This document shows, in pieces, positions 42,060-51,367 of a stretch of DNA of 64,000 nucleotides (the stretch's first letter is position 1; each line of letters starts with the position of its first letter). The translations under genes and the position numbers were made by a program. Below the pieces are notes generated by a model, which did no database searches, was not told the DNA's origin, and was given only the letters and a program-made list of their open reading frames with translations. The DNA comes from an uncultured Methanoregulaceae archaeon (GTDB lineage: Archaea; Halobacteriota; Methanomicrobia; Methanomicrobiales; Methanospirillaceae). The DNA lies in assembly GCA_963701095.1 (NCBI GenBank), contig OY969564.1, positions 1,728,001 through 1,792,000 on the forward strand. Direction: 5' to 3'.

Positions 42060-44219
42060 AGGACATCTATTTTCTCTACCCTGCACGAGTCCCTGCAGGC
42101 CGTTCTTTCCGAGCGGCTGGGCTGGTGCGAACTCCGCGAGGTGCAGGAGCAGGCATACGAAGCAATCCGCGGCGGAAGCGATGTACTGGTTATCGCACCA
42201 ACTGCCGGGGGAAAATCTGAAGCCGCACTTATCCCGGTTCTTGACACTATGCTAAAATCCGGGACAAAAGGAGTGGCCTGCATCTATCTCTCTCCTTTAA
42301 AGGCGCTCATAAATGACCAGGAAGAACGGATTGCCTCATTCTGCCGGCCTATCGGCCTCTCCCTTTCCAAATGGCATGGTGATGTTCCCAAGGGAGACCG
42401 GGGATGGAACCCGGACGACGCCCCCCAGTTCCTTCTCATTACTCCCGAATCTCTTGAGGTTATCCTGCATGAAAAAAGGCATGTCGCCGCACTTGCGAAC
42501 GTACAATACGTTATTGTTGACGAACTGCATGCTTTTGTTGAATCAGAGCGGGGTGTGCAGCTCAGGATCCTGCTTGACCGGCTCGACCAGATTACCAAAT
42601 CCCCCGTCCAGCGCATAGGTCTCTCGGCGACTGTAGGAAACCCGGATGAGGTGCTTTCCTGGTTCTCCGGCGGAAGGCGCAGCCGCCATCTGGTTGCTAT
42701 ACCATCGCCTGCTGCTGAAAAAAAATTCCTGTTTGTGATCGAACCCGATCCGGATCTCCGGATCAATGCCCTTGCCGGGCTCGTGTCCGGAAAAAAAGCA
42801 CTTGTGTTTGTCAATAGTCGCACCATGGCAGAGACGATCCTGCAGGAAGCAACTGGTCGGATAAAAAATCTGCATATCCACCATTCATCGGTCGCCCCCT
42901 CAAAGAAAAAAGAAGCCGAGGAGGCGTTCCATAGCAGTGAAGGGGCATGTATCATCTGCACAAGTACACTCGAACTGGGTGTAGATATCGGTGACCTTGA
43001 TATTGTGGTTCAGGTAGGTCCTCCGGATTCGGTATCCTCGTTTCTACAGAGGATGGGCCGGAGCGGACGGAGAGATCAGGCTGCATTTGTTGCATGGTTC
43101 CTTTCCGATCCCGGAGAACTTCTTTCCTGCTGTGCAGTAATTGAATGCGCCAAAGAAAAGAAAACAGAACCACTCAAACCACTGGAAAAACCCTGGAACG
43201 TGCTTGTCCAGCAGATCTTTCTTACTGTTTTTTCAGCATCACGCATCGGCCGGGGAGTGTTAGTTCGTAAACTTCTCTCATTCTTTGTATTTTCCCAACT
43301 TTTGGTCGACGATATTGAATATGTTCTCGGATTTCTGGTTTCTGAGGGGTATCTTTCGATAGATGGGGAGATAGTTATGCTTGGACCTATCTCCGAGAAG
43401 GTATTCGGACGATCGAATTACCGGGATCTCTACTCTGTTATCAAGGGTGGAGACGAATATCGGGCGATAACCCCGGAAGGGGACATCATCGGAACCCTTG
43501 ATGCACGGTTTGCGCACCGTAGTGACCCCGTTGATTTTGCGCTCGGGGGAACGACGTGGTCAGTGGTAAAGTGCGACGAACGCCATAATCTCGTAGTGGT
43601 AGTACCAGGCGGGAACGTTAAAAACAAATGCCGGGTTTTCAGATCTTCCGGGGGAGAATCTGCACTTTCGCTGGTGATCTGCAATACTGTTCAGCGAATA
43701 ATTGCCCGGGGAGAAACTGTCCTGCCCCTGGGACCCTCCGATACAGAAACACTCCGTCAAGCGATAGGCTCATTCCCGACCGGTATTCAGGAGCGGGGTA
43801 TATTTATTCGAGCGGAACGAGGAAATGCCGGCCGGGAGGTTGTCGTATACTCTTTTTTTGGACGCCAGTTCAACCGGGTGCTGGCATTACTCCTTAAAGG
43901 ACATCTTTGCCGGGTTCAGGTAAGATATGACGATCAACGGGTTCGGGTTACCCGAACTGGAAAGACCGGTGCTGCGGAACGGGTTGCCGAGGGTATAAGG
44001 GCCATACCAGCGTTTTCCCCGGATGAGATCATTTCATATCTCCCCCTTCCTTCTCCTGATCTTTGGAAGTTTGCAACAATGCTCCCACTTCCGCTCTTCC
44101 GGGAGATGGTGTTCGCCGATTATTTTCACACAAATGACGTGATTTGGATCCTTGCACATGTACCGGTTACCATCCTGCCGGATGAAGCACCGGATGCCCC
44201 TGCTAACGTAGAGGAGTAA
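42060..44219 (+). CDS. Lhr-like DEAD/DEAH-box helicase; the expected start position reads AGG
   Basis: APTAGGKS, TPESL, DELH, SAT, TLELGVD and QRMGRSGRR. The frame is open upstream of the GTG at 42141 and reads TSIFSTLHESLQAVLSERLGWCELREVQ, a Q-motif region. Confidence 0.85.
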   Translation, partial: RTSIFSTLHESLQAVLSERLGWCELREVQEQAYEAIRGGSDVLVIAPTAGGKSEAALIPVLDTMLKSGTKGVACIYLSPLKALINDQEERIASFCRPIGLSLSKWHGDVPKGDRGWNPDDAPQFLLITPESLEVILHEKRHVAALANVQYVIVDELHAFVESERGVQLRILLDRLDQITKSPVQRIGLSATVGNPDEVLSWFSGGRRSRHLVAIPSPAAEKKFLFVIEPDPDLRINALAGLVSGKKALVFVNSRTMAETILQEATGRIKNLHIHHSSVAPSKKKEAEEAFHSSEGACIICTSTLELGVDIGDLDIVVQVGPPDSVSSFLQRMGRSGRRDQAAFVAWFLSDPGELLSCCAVIECAKEKKTEPLKPLEKPWNVLVQQIFLTVFSASRIGRGVLVRKLLSFFVFSQLLVDDIEYVLGFLVSEGYLSIDGEIVMLGPISEKVFGRSNYRDLYSVIKGGDEYRAITPEGDIIGTLDARFAHRSDPVDFALGGTTWSVVKCDERHNLVVVVPGGNVKNKCRVFRSSGGESALSLVICNTVQRIIARGETVLPLGPSDTETLRQAIGSFPTGIQERGIFIRAERGNAGREVVVYSFFGRQFNRVLALLLKGHLCRVQVRYDDQRVRVTRTGKTGAAERVAEGIRAIPAFSPDEIISYLPLPSPDLWKFATMLPLPLFREMVFADYFHTNDVIWILAHVPVTILPDEAPDAPANVEE

Positions 44220-44320
44220 GGAATCCCGTTCCGAACGTACCATTGGCCGGACATACCCGGACAGATTTAAGGAGGGCTAACAATAATTACCATGAAATAT
44301 ACTGGTGATACGTGATCCTC

Positions 44321-44743
44321 ATGAAACACCTGCTCCCACTCTTAATTCTCGTTGTGGTCTTTCTCTTTATGACCGGTTGCACCCAGATGATACCACCAGC
44401 GCCGCCTGGGGTAACTGAGACATCTGCACCTACGGTTACCTATACACCCATCATAACCACTATTCCGGCGGTTTCAACATCAGCACCGTTATATGGGAAT
44501 GTAATCGTGATCCAGAAAATGGCATTTGTCCCGGCACAAATCACCATAAGCCGTGGAACATTGGCACGTTGGGTCAACGAAGATACGGTTACGCATTCGG
44601 TGATGTTTCCCGCTGCTGACAAAATTGATTCACTGGCTTTATCGCCAGGCCAGGCATTCACCGTGAAATTTGCCAACCCCGGGGTCTACAATTACTCTGA
44701 CAGTATCTATCCGAATATGGAAGGTGCGATTATAGTGACCTAA
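44321..44743 (+). CDS. Cupredoxin/plastocyanin-like lipoprotein
   Basis: Lipobox-like MTGC, Pro/Thr linker, then AFVPAQITI, WVNED, HSV and PGVYNY. Confidence 0.75.
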   Translation: MKHLLPLLILVVVFLFMTGCTQMIPPAPPGVTETSAPTVTYTPIITTIPAVSTSAPLYGNVIVIQKMAFVPAQITISRGTLARWVNEDTVTHSVMFPAADKIDSLALSPGQAFTVKFANPGVYNYSDSIYPNMEGAIIVT

Positions 44744-44827
44744 CCGGGTCAGTGACACGGGTGTTCAGACAATACTTAAATCGCACGTTCGTTGTCCCGG
44801 ATACAAACATAAAAAGGATTTATAAAA

Positions 44828-45034
44828 TTAAAAGCCGGTCAATCGATGAAGCAATGCGCCCACAATAATACCAAACATGGAAGACGATGCTGACAGCATC
44901 CCGAGCAGGACATAGCCCGCCACGACCCCTATTTTAAGGGGCGTATACGTTCGGTTGATATTGAGGCGTCGTACTACCCGAAATGATTTGGCGTCTGCGG
45001 TAATCTTCGGTTTGTTCTTTTTGATCCGGAACAT
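44828..45034 (-). CDS. Small hypothetical membrane protein
   Basis: 68-aa ORF with basic N-terminus and hydrophobic C-terminus, preceded by GGAGG. Confidence 0.5.
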   Translation of the reverse strand: MFRIKKNKPKITADAKSFRVVRRLNINRTYTPLKIGVVAGYVLLGMLSASSSMFGIIVGALLHRLTGF

Positions 45035-45345
45035 AATCGTTTCCTCCGGGAATTGTGTTTTGATACCTGAAACAGCCGCCGTCAGGCACCTAAGGTATGT
45101 TATATTACGAACATGTTGTATTTAAAATCTTCCAATAAAAATAATAGAAAAATATCAAATAATTTTAGATTTAATTTAAATCTGGGACAAATTAGGTCAT
45201 ATTTGTGAAAATCTTCGAGGGGATTTCACAAAAAGTGATGGATACAGAAATCTCTACTGTGCTCAATAGACAATATATGCGATTCTTATTCCCTTTATGT
45301 TACAATTCGGAGAAAACAAACCTTTGAAAAAGAAAAGTGTTCAGA

Positions 45346-45430
45346 CGCCGAGGGGGAGATTTGAACTCCCGAGGCGCGAAGCGCCAGTAGCTTTCGAGGC
45401 TACCGCCTTCCCGGGCTAGACTACCTCGGC
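45346..45430 (-). tRNA. tRNA-Ser(CGA)
   Basis: Acceptor stem GCCGAGG/CCTCGGC+G, anticodon arm GTAGC-CTCGAAA-GCTAC, long variable arm GGCGC-TTC-GCGCC and T arm GGGAG-TTCAAAT-CTCCC. Confidence 0.96.
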
Positions 45431-45577
45431 ACCCGGATCAGATCATTTTCTTTGCGATTCCACTAATAGTTATCCCTGCGATGCGGCGCAGACAAAAAAA
45501 TCGTATAGATAATCAATAACCCACTATGCAGGAAAAGACCGTTTGTTAAAAAAAGGGTTGGATAATATCAGCCGGAT

Positions 45578-47176
45578 CTATCCCATCGGGGGAGCAGACG
45601 GGGCACCCTTGGACTGGGTGATCATCATGTCATCGACACGGATCAGCATAATGGCAGTTTCGGATGCACTTTGAATCGACTGGCGTTTTGAGCGGAGTGG
45701 TTCAAGCACACCCTCTTCGAACATATCGATGATTTCGCCATTGTAGACATTGAGCCCGGCATTCTTTTTCCCTTTTGCATGGGCGTTCTTGAGTGCTACC
45801 AGTTTGTCAATAGAATTGAACCCTGAATTCTCTGCAAGGGTGCGGGGGATGGTTTCATACGCTTTTGCGTATCCCTCGATTGCAAGCTGTACACGACCGC
45901 CGACAGATTCGGCGTAATCACGGATCTTCATTAAGAGCTCGGTCTCGACTGCACCGCCACCGACAACATAGGTGCCATCCTCAATAGCATCCATAACTAC
46001 ACGGGTACCATCAACGACTGCGCGCTCAAGTTCATCGAGAAGGTAATCGCTTGTGCCCCGGAGGAGGATAGTGATGGTCTTGGGATTCTTGCAACCGGAG
46101 ATCCTGGTTATGTCTGTATCGTTATCCTCTTCAACGACTTCAGCATGGCCGAGATCTTTCTTGGTCAGGTCCTCAGGTTTATTTACAATATTTGCATGCA
46201 GGGCCCGGGCGGCGTACTTGAGATCCTTTTCGGGGACATCTTCAACGGCATAGATACCGTTTTTGGCGAGGAAGAACTGGACCGAATCGGCAATGCCCTT
46301 CTGGCAGAATACCACGTTTGCGCCGGTGTCCACAATAGCGTCGGCAAGTTTCTTCAAGGTTGCATTCTCCTGTTCGGAAAATGCTGCAATCTGGTCTGCC
46401 GTGGTAATCTTTATTTTTGCCTTCACCTGGGTCTTTGTGATCTCCATTGGCATTGCAATGAGGGCTACTTTTGCCGAAGTTACCTTCTTTGGCATATCTT
46501 CGCTCACCCGTTTCTTGTCAAGGATAACGCCCCTTACAAGTTCGGCGTCGTCCATGGACCTGCCCTTCTGTTTCTTGATCATCACGTCGTCTTCATCGGC
46601 AAGGTATTTGCCGTTGACTTTCTCAGCGATGCCCATGACTGCATCGACAATAATACCGTCAAGTTTTCCCTTGACAGACTCGATTGACTTTCCGGTAATA
46701 GCGGTGTCAGCAATCTTCAACAGTGTCTTCCTGTCCTTGGGATCGACCTTGGAAGAAAGTGATTCTGTGATCTCGAGCGCTTTTAGCATGCCAAGCCGGT
46801 ATCCTTCTGCGATAACCGTCGGATGAATCCCCTGTTCAAGCAGGGATTCTGCCTGCTCCATCAGCGAACCGGCAATGACAACGGCCGTTGTGGTTCCGTC
46901 GCCGACCTCGTCATCCTGGGTATGTGCCACTTCAATGACCATCTTTGCACCGGGGTGCTGGACGGAGATTTCCTGTAATATTGTCGCCCCATCGTTGGTG
47001 ATGACGATGTCACCAGTGGAACCGACGAGCATTTTGTCCATGCCCCGCGGTCCAAGGGTAGTCCGGACCGCACCGGCAATCGCTTTTGCAGCCATGATAT
47101 TGGAGCGCTGCGCCTCCTTGCCGGTGTTCCGCTCCACATTTTCTCTTAAGATGATAATTGGTTGACCAGATAACAT
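45578..47176 (-). CDS. Thermosome (group II chaperonin) subunit
   Basis: [16 protein letters not shown] and GDGTTT. Confidence 0.96.
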   Translation of the reverse strand: MLSGQPIIILRENVERNTGKEAQRSNIMAAKAIAGAVRTTLGPRGMDKMLVGSTGDIVITNDGATILQEISVQHPGAKMVIEVAHTQDDEVGDGTTTAVVIAGSLMEQAESLLEQGIHPTVIAEGYRLGMLKALEITESLSSKVDPKDRKTLLKIADTAITGKSIESVKGKLDGIIVDAVMGIAEKVNGKYLADEDDVMIKKQKGRSMDDAELVRGVILDKKRVSEDMPKKVTSAKVALIAMPMEITKTQVKAKIKITTADQIAAFSEQENATLKKLADAIVDTGANVVFCQKGIADSVQFFLAKNGIYAVEDVPEKDLKYAARALHANIVNKPEDLTKKDLGHAEVVEEDNDTDITRISGCKNPKTITILLRGTSDYLLDELERAVVDGTRVVMDAIEDGTYVVGGGAVETELLMKIRDYAESVGGRVQLAIEGYAKAYETIPRTLAENSGFNSIDKLVALKNAHAKGKKNAGLNVYNGEIIDMFEEGVLEPLRSKRQSIQSASETAIMLIRVDDMMITQSKGAPSAPPMG

Positions 47177-47229
47177 AGGTGATCCTCTAATGCTGTAAAA
47201 GGTGGAATTGAACTTCTATATAAATCATA

Positions 47230-47237
47230 CTCTTGTT
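47230..47237. repeat. Left 8-bp target-site duplication CTCTTGTT
   Basis: Identical to 54627-54634 and abuts the left TIR. Confidence 0.9.
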
Positions 47238-47263
47238 GGTTCTGATAAGTTGGTGGGGGTTTG
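47238..47263 (+). repeat. Left terminal inverted repeat
   Basis: GGTTCTGATAAGTTGGTGGGGGTTTG. Confidence 0.9.
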
Positions 47264-47350
47264 GGTTTGCTCGCGGGTGGTGATAGGTAGCGAGTGGTAA
47301 CGCGCGAAATCTGCGTATGATTTAACTTCCCCAGAATTACACCACTCATT

Positions 47351-47554
47351 ATGCCAATGCTATCAGGAGGCCCACCTTACGAATCTCCCGAAATGAGAGA
47401 GATGGTAAAATCACTAATCCAGACCCTTAACGAGAGCAACAAAAAAGTAGAGCAATACAACAAAGCGATGCAGTACATGACTTTGACGTTAGTTGCTTTG
47501 ACAGTTGTATTGGTAATTTTAACAGTGGTTCAAGTGTTAAATCTCATTAAATAA
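47351..47554 (+). CDS. Small coiled-coil protein with C-terminal TM helix (transposon cargo)
   Basis: 67-aa ORF with amphipathic segment followed by LTLVALTVVLVILTVVQVL. Confidence 0.6.
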   Translation: MPMLSGGPPYESPEMREMVKSLIQTLNESNKKVEQYNKAMQYMTLTLVALTVVLVILTVVQVLNLIK

Positions 47555-47589
47555 GGTTCTGTTGCATCGCGGTTGATGAAGTGCGAAAA

Positions 47590-48996
47590 TTAGAGATTTT
47601 GTAAGTACATGTTTTTAGACTTCGAGAAATAGTGTTTTGCCGGATTTATTGTTCCCTCTAATATTGCTTTTCGTATGCGTCTAGCTTCTTCTATATGGAT
47701 CAATCGTAATGGTTTGGAGAATTTCGTCCGGTAGAGTACTTCGTCCATAAAATATTCCGGTCGTGGAATCGTAGGCAATCCATCCACGTGCGGGAATTCA
47801 TCCAATTCAGAAAGATGTTTTTTTACATAATCCACATCAGCATCGATACACAAATCGATTATTGGGACTCTCCCGAATCGATTGTTTGGTGAGATTGTTC
47901 CACCAGATCCTTGACTGTATTTCAGATTCCCGTTTAATAACGAACTAAATGCTTGGATGCCGTAATCGGCAAAATATAATCCATACCATGACGATCTCGG
48001 TAATACAACCGGTAACGATGGCGTCTTTTCGTGGCAGATGTTTACAATTTCCGAAATAAAGTTTCTAAGTTGAGTGGATCTATAGGACTCTATCACCTTT
48101 TCATAACCAACCAGTGTCAATGCGACTCCGGAATAATTATTGTATGTGTTGCCTTGGGTGATCCCGGCATTTAACAAAGAGAATACTGTATTTTGGTTAT
48201 TCTGATCGTCGTTATCAAAAATATTTAGATCGATGTACAGATGGAAATAAGGAAGTACCTGTTTGGAGTCCTTTTTCATGTCATTGCAAATTCTTGAAGT
48301 TGCTGCGTTGGATGAGAGTATTCTTCGTTTGATACTATCGGGAGTATCTTTTCTTAATTGCGGGACTGGAGGGATTATTGTGGTGTTCGGGGATTTTAAT
48401 GCCATATTTACATTGTTTGCAACGTACGCCGGATAAAAATCATTTATTCTTGGATCGAGCCACGCCCTGTATACATCACTATTGCGCGTTCCTATTGGGT
48501 CGACCGCTAGAGATTTACTGATGGTAAATAGTTGAGCTTCAACAAAAGGTTGGAAGAATGGGGGAATTAGGGTCATTGCCCCATTCACATCTTTATTCTT
48601 CAATTTTGCTTTAAAATTTTGTTTGTTATTAGGTTTCCCAGACAGTGCATATTCGAGTAACGTCTCCCCATAAACGCCTTTGAAAAATTCAGGCGGGTCA
48701 TAATATATTAAAGAATAATTTTGAATGAAGTCACGAATTGGCATATTACCATATAAGTTTAGTTGATATGACAATGGCTGAACCAGTTCTGACCATCGAT
48801 TTGCCGGGATTAATATTGGATTACCAGGAGGGATCGCCTGCATATTGTCTAACAGTACACTTAGATCTTCCGCTCCTTTAATTTCGGGGAGGTATGAAGG
48901 TGCCGGACAGAATGTATTACCAATTTTAAAACTGGTTGCGGTTTTTGAGGGGTTGTCGTAGCGTAAATGGGGGGTTTGAATTGCAATTTCAGCCAT
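47590..48996 (-). CDS. Hypothetical 468-aa protein, possibly a divergent TGT-like TIM barrel
   Basis: Long ORF overlapping the upstream wHTH gene; weak motif resemblance to the tRNA-guanine transglycosylase scaffold. Confidence 0.6.
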   Translation of the reverse strand: MAEIAIQTPHLRYDNPSKTATSFKIGNTFCPAPSYLPEIKGAEDLSVLLDNMQAIPPGNPILIPANRWSELVQPLSYQLNLYGNMPIRDFIQNYSLIYYDPPEFFKGVYGETLLEYALSGKPNNKQNFKAKLKNKDVNGAMTLIPPFFQPFVEAQLFTISKSLAVDPIGTRNSDVYRAWLDPRINDFYPAYVANNVNMALKSPNTTIIPPVPQLRKDTPDSIKRRILSSNAATSRICNDMKKDSKQVLPYFHLYIDLNIFDNDDQNNQNTVFSLLNAGITQGNTYNNYSGVALTLVGYEKVIESYRSTQLRNFISEIVNICHEKTPSLPVVLPRSSWYGLYFADYGIQAFSSLLNGNLKYSQGSGGTISPNNRFGRVPIIDLCIDADVDYVKKHLSELDEFPHVDGLPTIPRPEYFMDEVLYRTKFSKPLRLIHIEEARRIRKAILEGTINPAKHYFSKSKNMYLQNL

Positions 48997-49558
48997 ACTT
49001 CATCACCTCATAATTTTGTTTTAGTTCTTTCAATGCCTCGATAAAATAATCTAATTTTTCTACGGGTAACATTACAGCTCCTTCGGACACTTCACCCTCA
49101 AGGATAGAGTAACTTTTCTCTACAATATAGAAATACAATGCATCTCGTTGCCCTTGAGTGATTGTAATATCTAAAAATGGGTTCTCATCTCCCACTCGCA
49201 CCAATCCAATCTGATGAAGAGGTTTCCCGTTCGGGAAATAATGCACAATGTTCCCACTTCGTTTTTGAGAGTACACTTCCCGCAGACCATTTAATTTTTC
49301 AAGATGTTTTTGGATAGTTTTTCTATCAAGGCCTGAAACTTTTGCGATTTCTGATACGGTAATCCCATTTTGCCCAAATTTTTTAACTGTGTTTCTTATT
49401 GTATCTCTAGTGACCAACTCTCGTGCGTCCGGGCTCAAATATTTCCTTTGTTCATTGATTAATTTCAAATCACGTAGATCTGATTTATAGACATTGTCGC
49501 TCTCAAGATCGGATAGTTTAAAATGAACCAAATCATTTGTGACCGCATCTAGTGGCAT
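48989..49558 (-). CDS. Winged helix-turn-helix protein
   Basis: GITVSEIAKVSGLDRKTIQKHLEKL HTH followed by a wing. Confidence 0.75.
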   Translation of the reverse strand: MPLDAVTNDLVHFKLSDLESDNVYKSDLRDLKLINEQRKYLSPDARELVTRDTIRNTVKKFGQNGITVSEIAKVSGLDRKTIQKHLEKLNGLREVYSQKRSGNIVHYFPNGKPLHQIGLVRVGDENPFLDITITQGQRDALYFYIVEKSYSILEGEVSEGAVMLPVEKLDYFIEALKELKQNYEVMKYG

Positions 49559-49671
49559 GTCATGTACCTCATATGGTGTACATATTTACATATGTTATAT
49601 AAATAGTTATTTATGTTTTTTATGTTTTATGAGTTTTCGGAGTTTTTCAATTATCAGTTTGACGTAATCCC

Positions 49672-50259
49672 CTAGTCTCCACTCCACCGTATCAGATCGT
49701 TGACTAAATTTTCAATAGGTCTGATTTTTCCCCCAAGGTTTGTAGTGCCCTCAAATGCCCAAGTCTGCCTCAAATAAGTATTATCAATATACACGCCGTC
49801 GAGGTAAGTTTCAGCAAGGGATCTGTCTTTTGTTGGTTTAGTGTGGGAACCCCATTCCGATTTCCATACGGGTGATCCTTGTCTACCCTTGTCCGGTGTG
49901 GCAAATACCACTTTTAAATCTGGTATTTGCCCTTTGTAAACCATTGAATAAAATAGCGTTTCGCTGAATCTCCCGTGTAAACTCGTTTTACAGCTTATCA
50001 ACGCGATTGGTTGGTTGTTTTCAAGATTTTTCACTACCAGGTCAACATCCCCCCAAACACGATTGTAACCGCGAACCGGGAGCAAAAACATTCTTCCCAA
50101 ATGTGTATCGTTATTAATTTCAGTATTGTTTAATACGAGCATTCTTTGATTTTCTGCCCGCAATCTCTCATTTACGAGAGTTTGAACGTGTGATTGAAAG
50201 GCATATCCCTCAGTTGTAACATTACTTTGTCTTGATCGGACTGCTTCATGAGTGGGCAT
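49672..50259 (-). CDS. Type II restriction endonuclease-like PD-(D/E)xK nuclease (BsaWI-like)
   Basis: GDVDLVV...IALISCKTSLHGRFSE; directly downstream of a DNA methyltransferase gene. Confidence 0.7.
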   Translation of the reverse strand: MPTHEAVRSRQSNVTTEGYAFQSHVQTLVNERLRAENQRMLVLNNTEINNDTHLGRMFLLPVRGYNRVWGDVDLVVKNLENNQPIALISCKTSLHGRFSETLFYSMVYKGQIPDLKVVFATPDKGRQGSPVWKSEWGSHTKPTKDRSLAETYLDGVYIDNTYLRQTWAFEGTTNLGGKIRPIENLVNDLIRWSGD

Positions 50260-50317
50260 AATCTCAAACTGAATATTATAATGAGAGATAAAAATAGCTG
50301 CTGGCTTGATTGGCAGA

Positions 50318-51210
50318 TTATGCGGGTAACTCTTGTTTTTTGTTCTTTCGTGTTTTCGCAGGTTTTTCTTTTACATTTGCATAAGCATCAAGTTTGAATT
50401 GCCCAAGTTTCCCCTCTTTTTTCAACCGGTCCAGAGCGATTTTGCAGTACTGGGGATCAACATCAATCCCTATTCCTTTGCGATTGCAGAGGTTTGCCGC
50501 TACAAGTGTTGAACCGCTTCCTAAAAACGGATCGAGAACAACATCGTCTTTGTAACTAAACAACTGGATACACGGCGGGGGAGTTCTATTGGAAATGGTG
50601 CGGGATGGCCAATCCGTTTTTTACTCTCGCCGCTGAAAGTCCAAAGTCCGTTAGTCCAATCCATAAAATCCTGTTTTGATATATCGGACACTTTTGACCC
50701 GCTGGTTTTCTTCCATTCTTTTTTATAGAAAACGACAATTAATTCAACCGGGGCAATAACGTAAGGGGCCGAAGCACTCAGCCACGATCCCCATGCGGTC
50801 CGGCGCGATATATTTCCTTCGTTCCAGACGATTGTAGAATGATATTTGAAACCAACATTCTCTTTTGCTATTGTTGTTAAATCGGCTCCAACGCTTTGCT
50901 GGCCACCTTTGTTTTTATCAAGGGGGATGTTTAAGCAGAATCTCCCGTCGTCTTTAAGCCATTCGTAGCAACGGGACATCCATTTTCTACTGAATTCCTT
51001 ATAGTCCTCATAAGTTAATTGATCGTCATGGGAATTGTATTTTATATCGACGTTATACGGCGGTGAGGTTACTATGAGATCAACAGACCCCGGCTCAATC
51101 TGATCGGTATCAAAAACGCTATCGTTTATTATAAGAAAACTGTCGTTTTTAAAGAGGGTTTTCGGGCTCAAAGATTTCGCTTTTTTGGACTTGTTAGATG
51201 TATTTTTCAT
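50318..51210 (-). CDS. Beta-class N4-C/N6-A DNA methyltransferase, with a 1-nt frameshift near 50572
   Basis: LIVTSPPYN and HPAPFP in one frame, VLDPFLGSGST in the next; joins as ELPRR(C)IQLFSYKDD. Confidence 0.88.
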
Positions 51211-51220
51211 TGGGCCACCA

Positions 51221-51367
51221 TTATTGCAACGGCTCAATTAATACAACTTTCACTTTCTTCCCGACCCAATCAATCGGGACGTAAACCCTCCCCGAATTAC
51301 CAGACACTTTTACCACCTTCTCAACGATCTGATAACCTTCAATCTTGATCTCCATCTTGTCGCTCAT
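51221..51367 (-). CDS. DUF2080-like transposase-associated small protein (48 aa, not in the ORF track)
   Basis: Translated by hand as MSDKMEIKIEGYQIVEKVVKVSGNSGRVYVPIDWVGKKVKVVLIEPLQ; the GNSGRVYVP..WVGKKV signature is present; divergent from the transposase. Confidence 0.85.
   Translation of the reverse strand: MSDKMEIKIEGYQIVEKVVKVSGNSGRVYVPIDWVGKKVKVVLIEPLQ

Noticed and set aside
27585..43897. Many 60-225 aa ORFs antisense to or overlapping recognised genes
   Set aside because: They are shadow ORFs of well-supported genes and show no motifs.
44744..45345. AT-rich DNA downstream of tRNA-Ser as an integrated element
   Set aside because: I found no duplicated tRNA 3' end and no integrase. 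The hairpin at 45202-45232 is not enough on its own.
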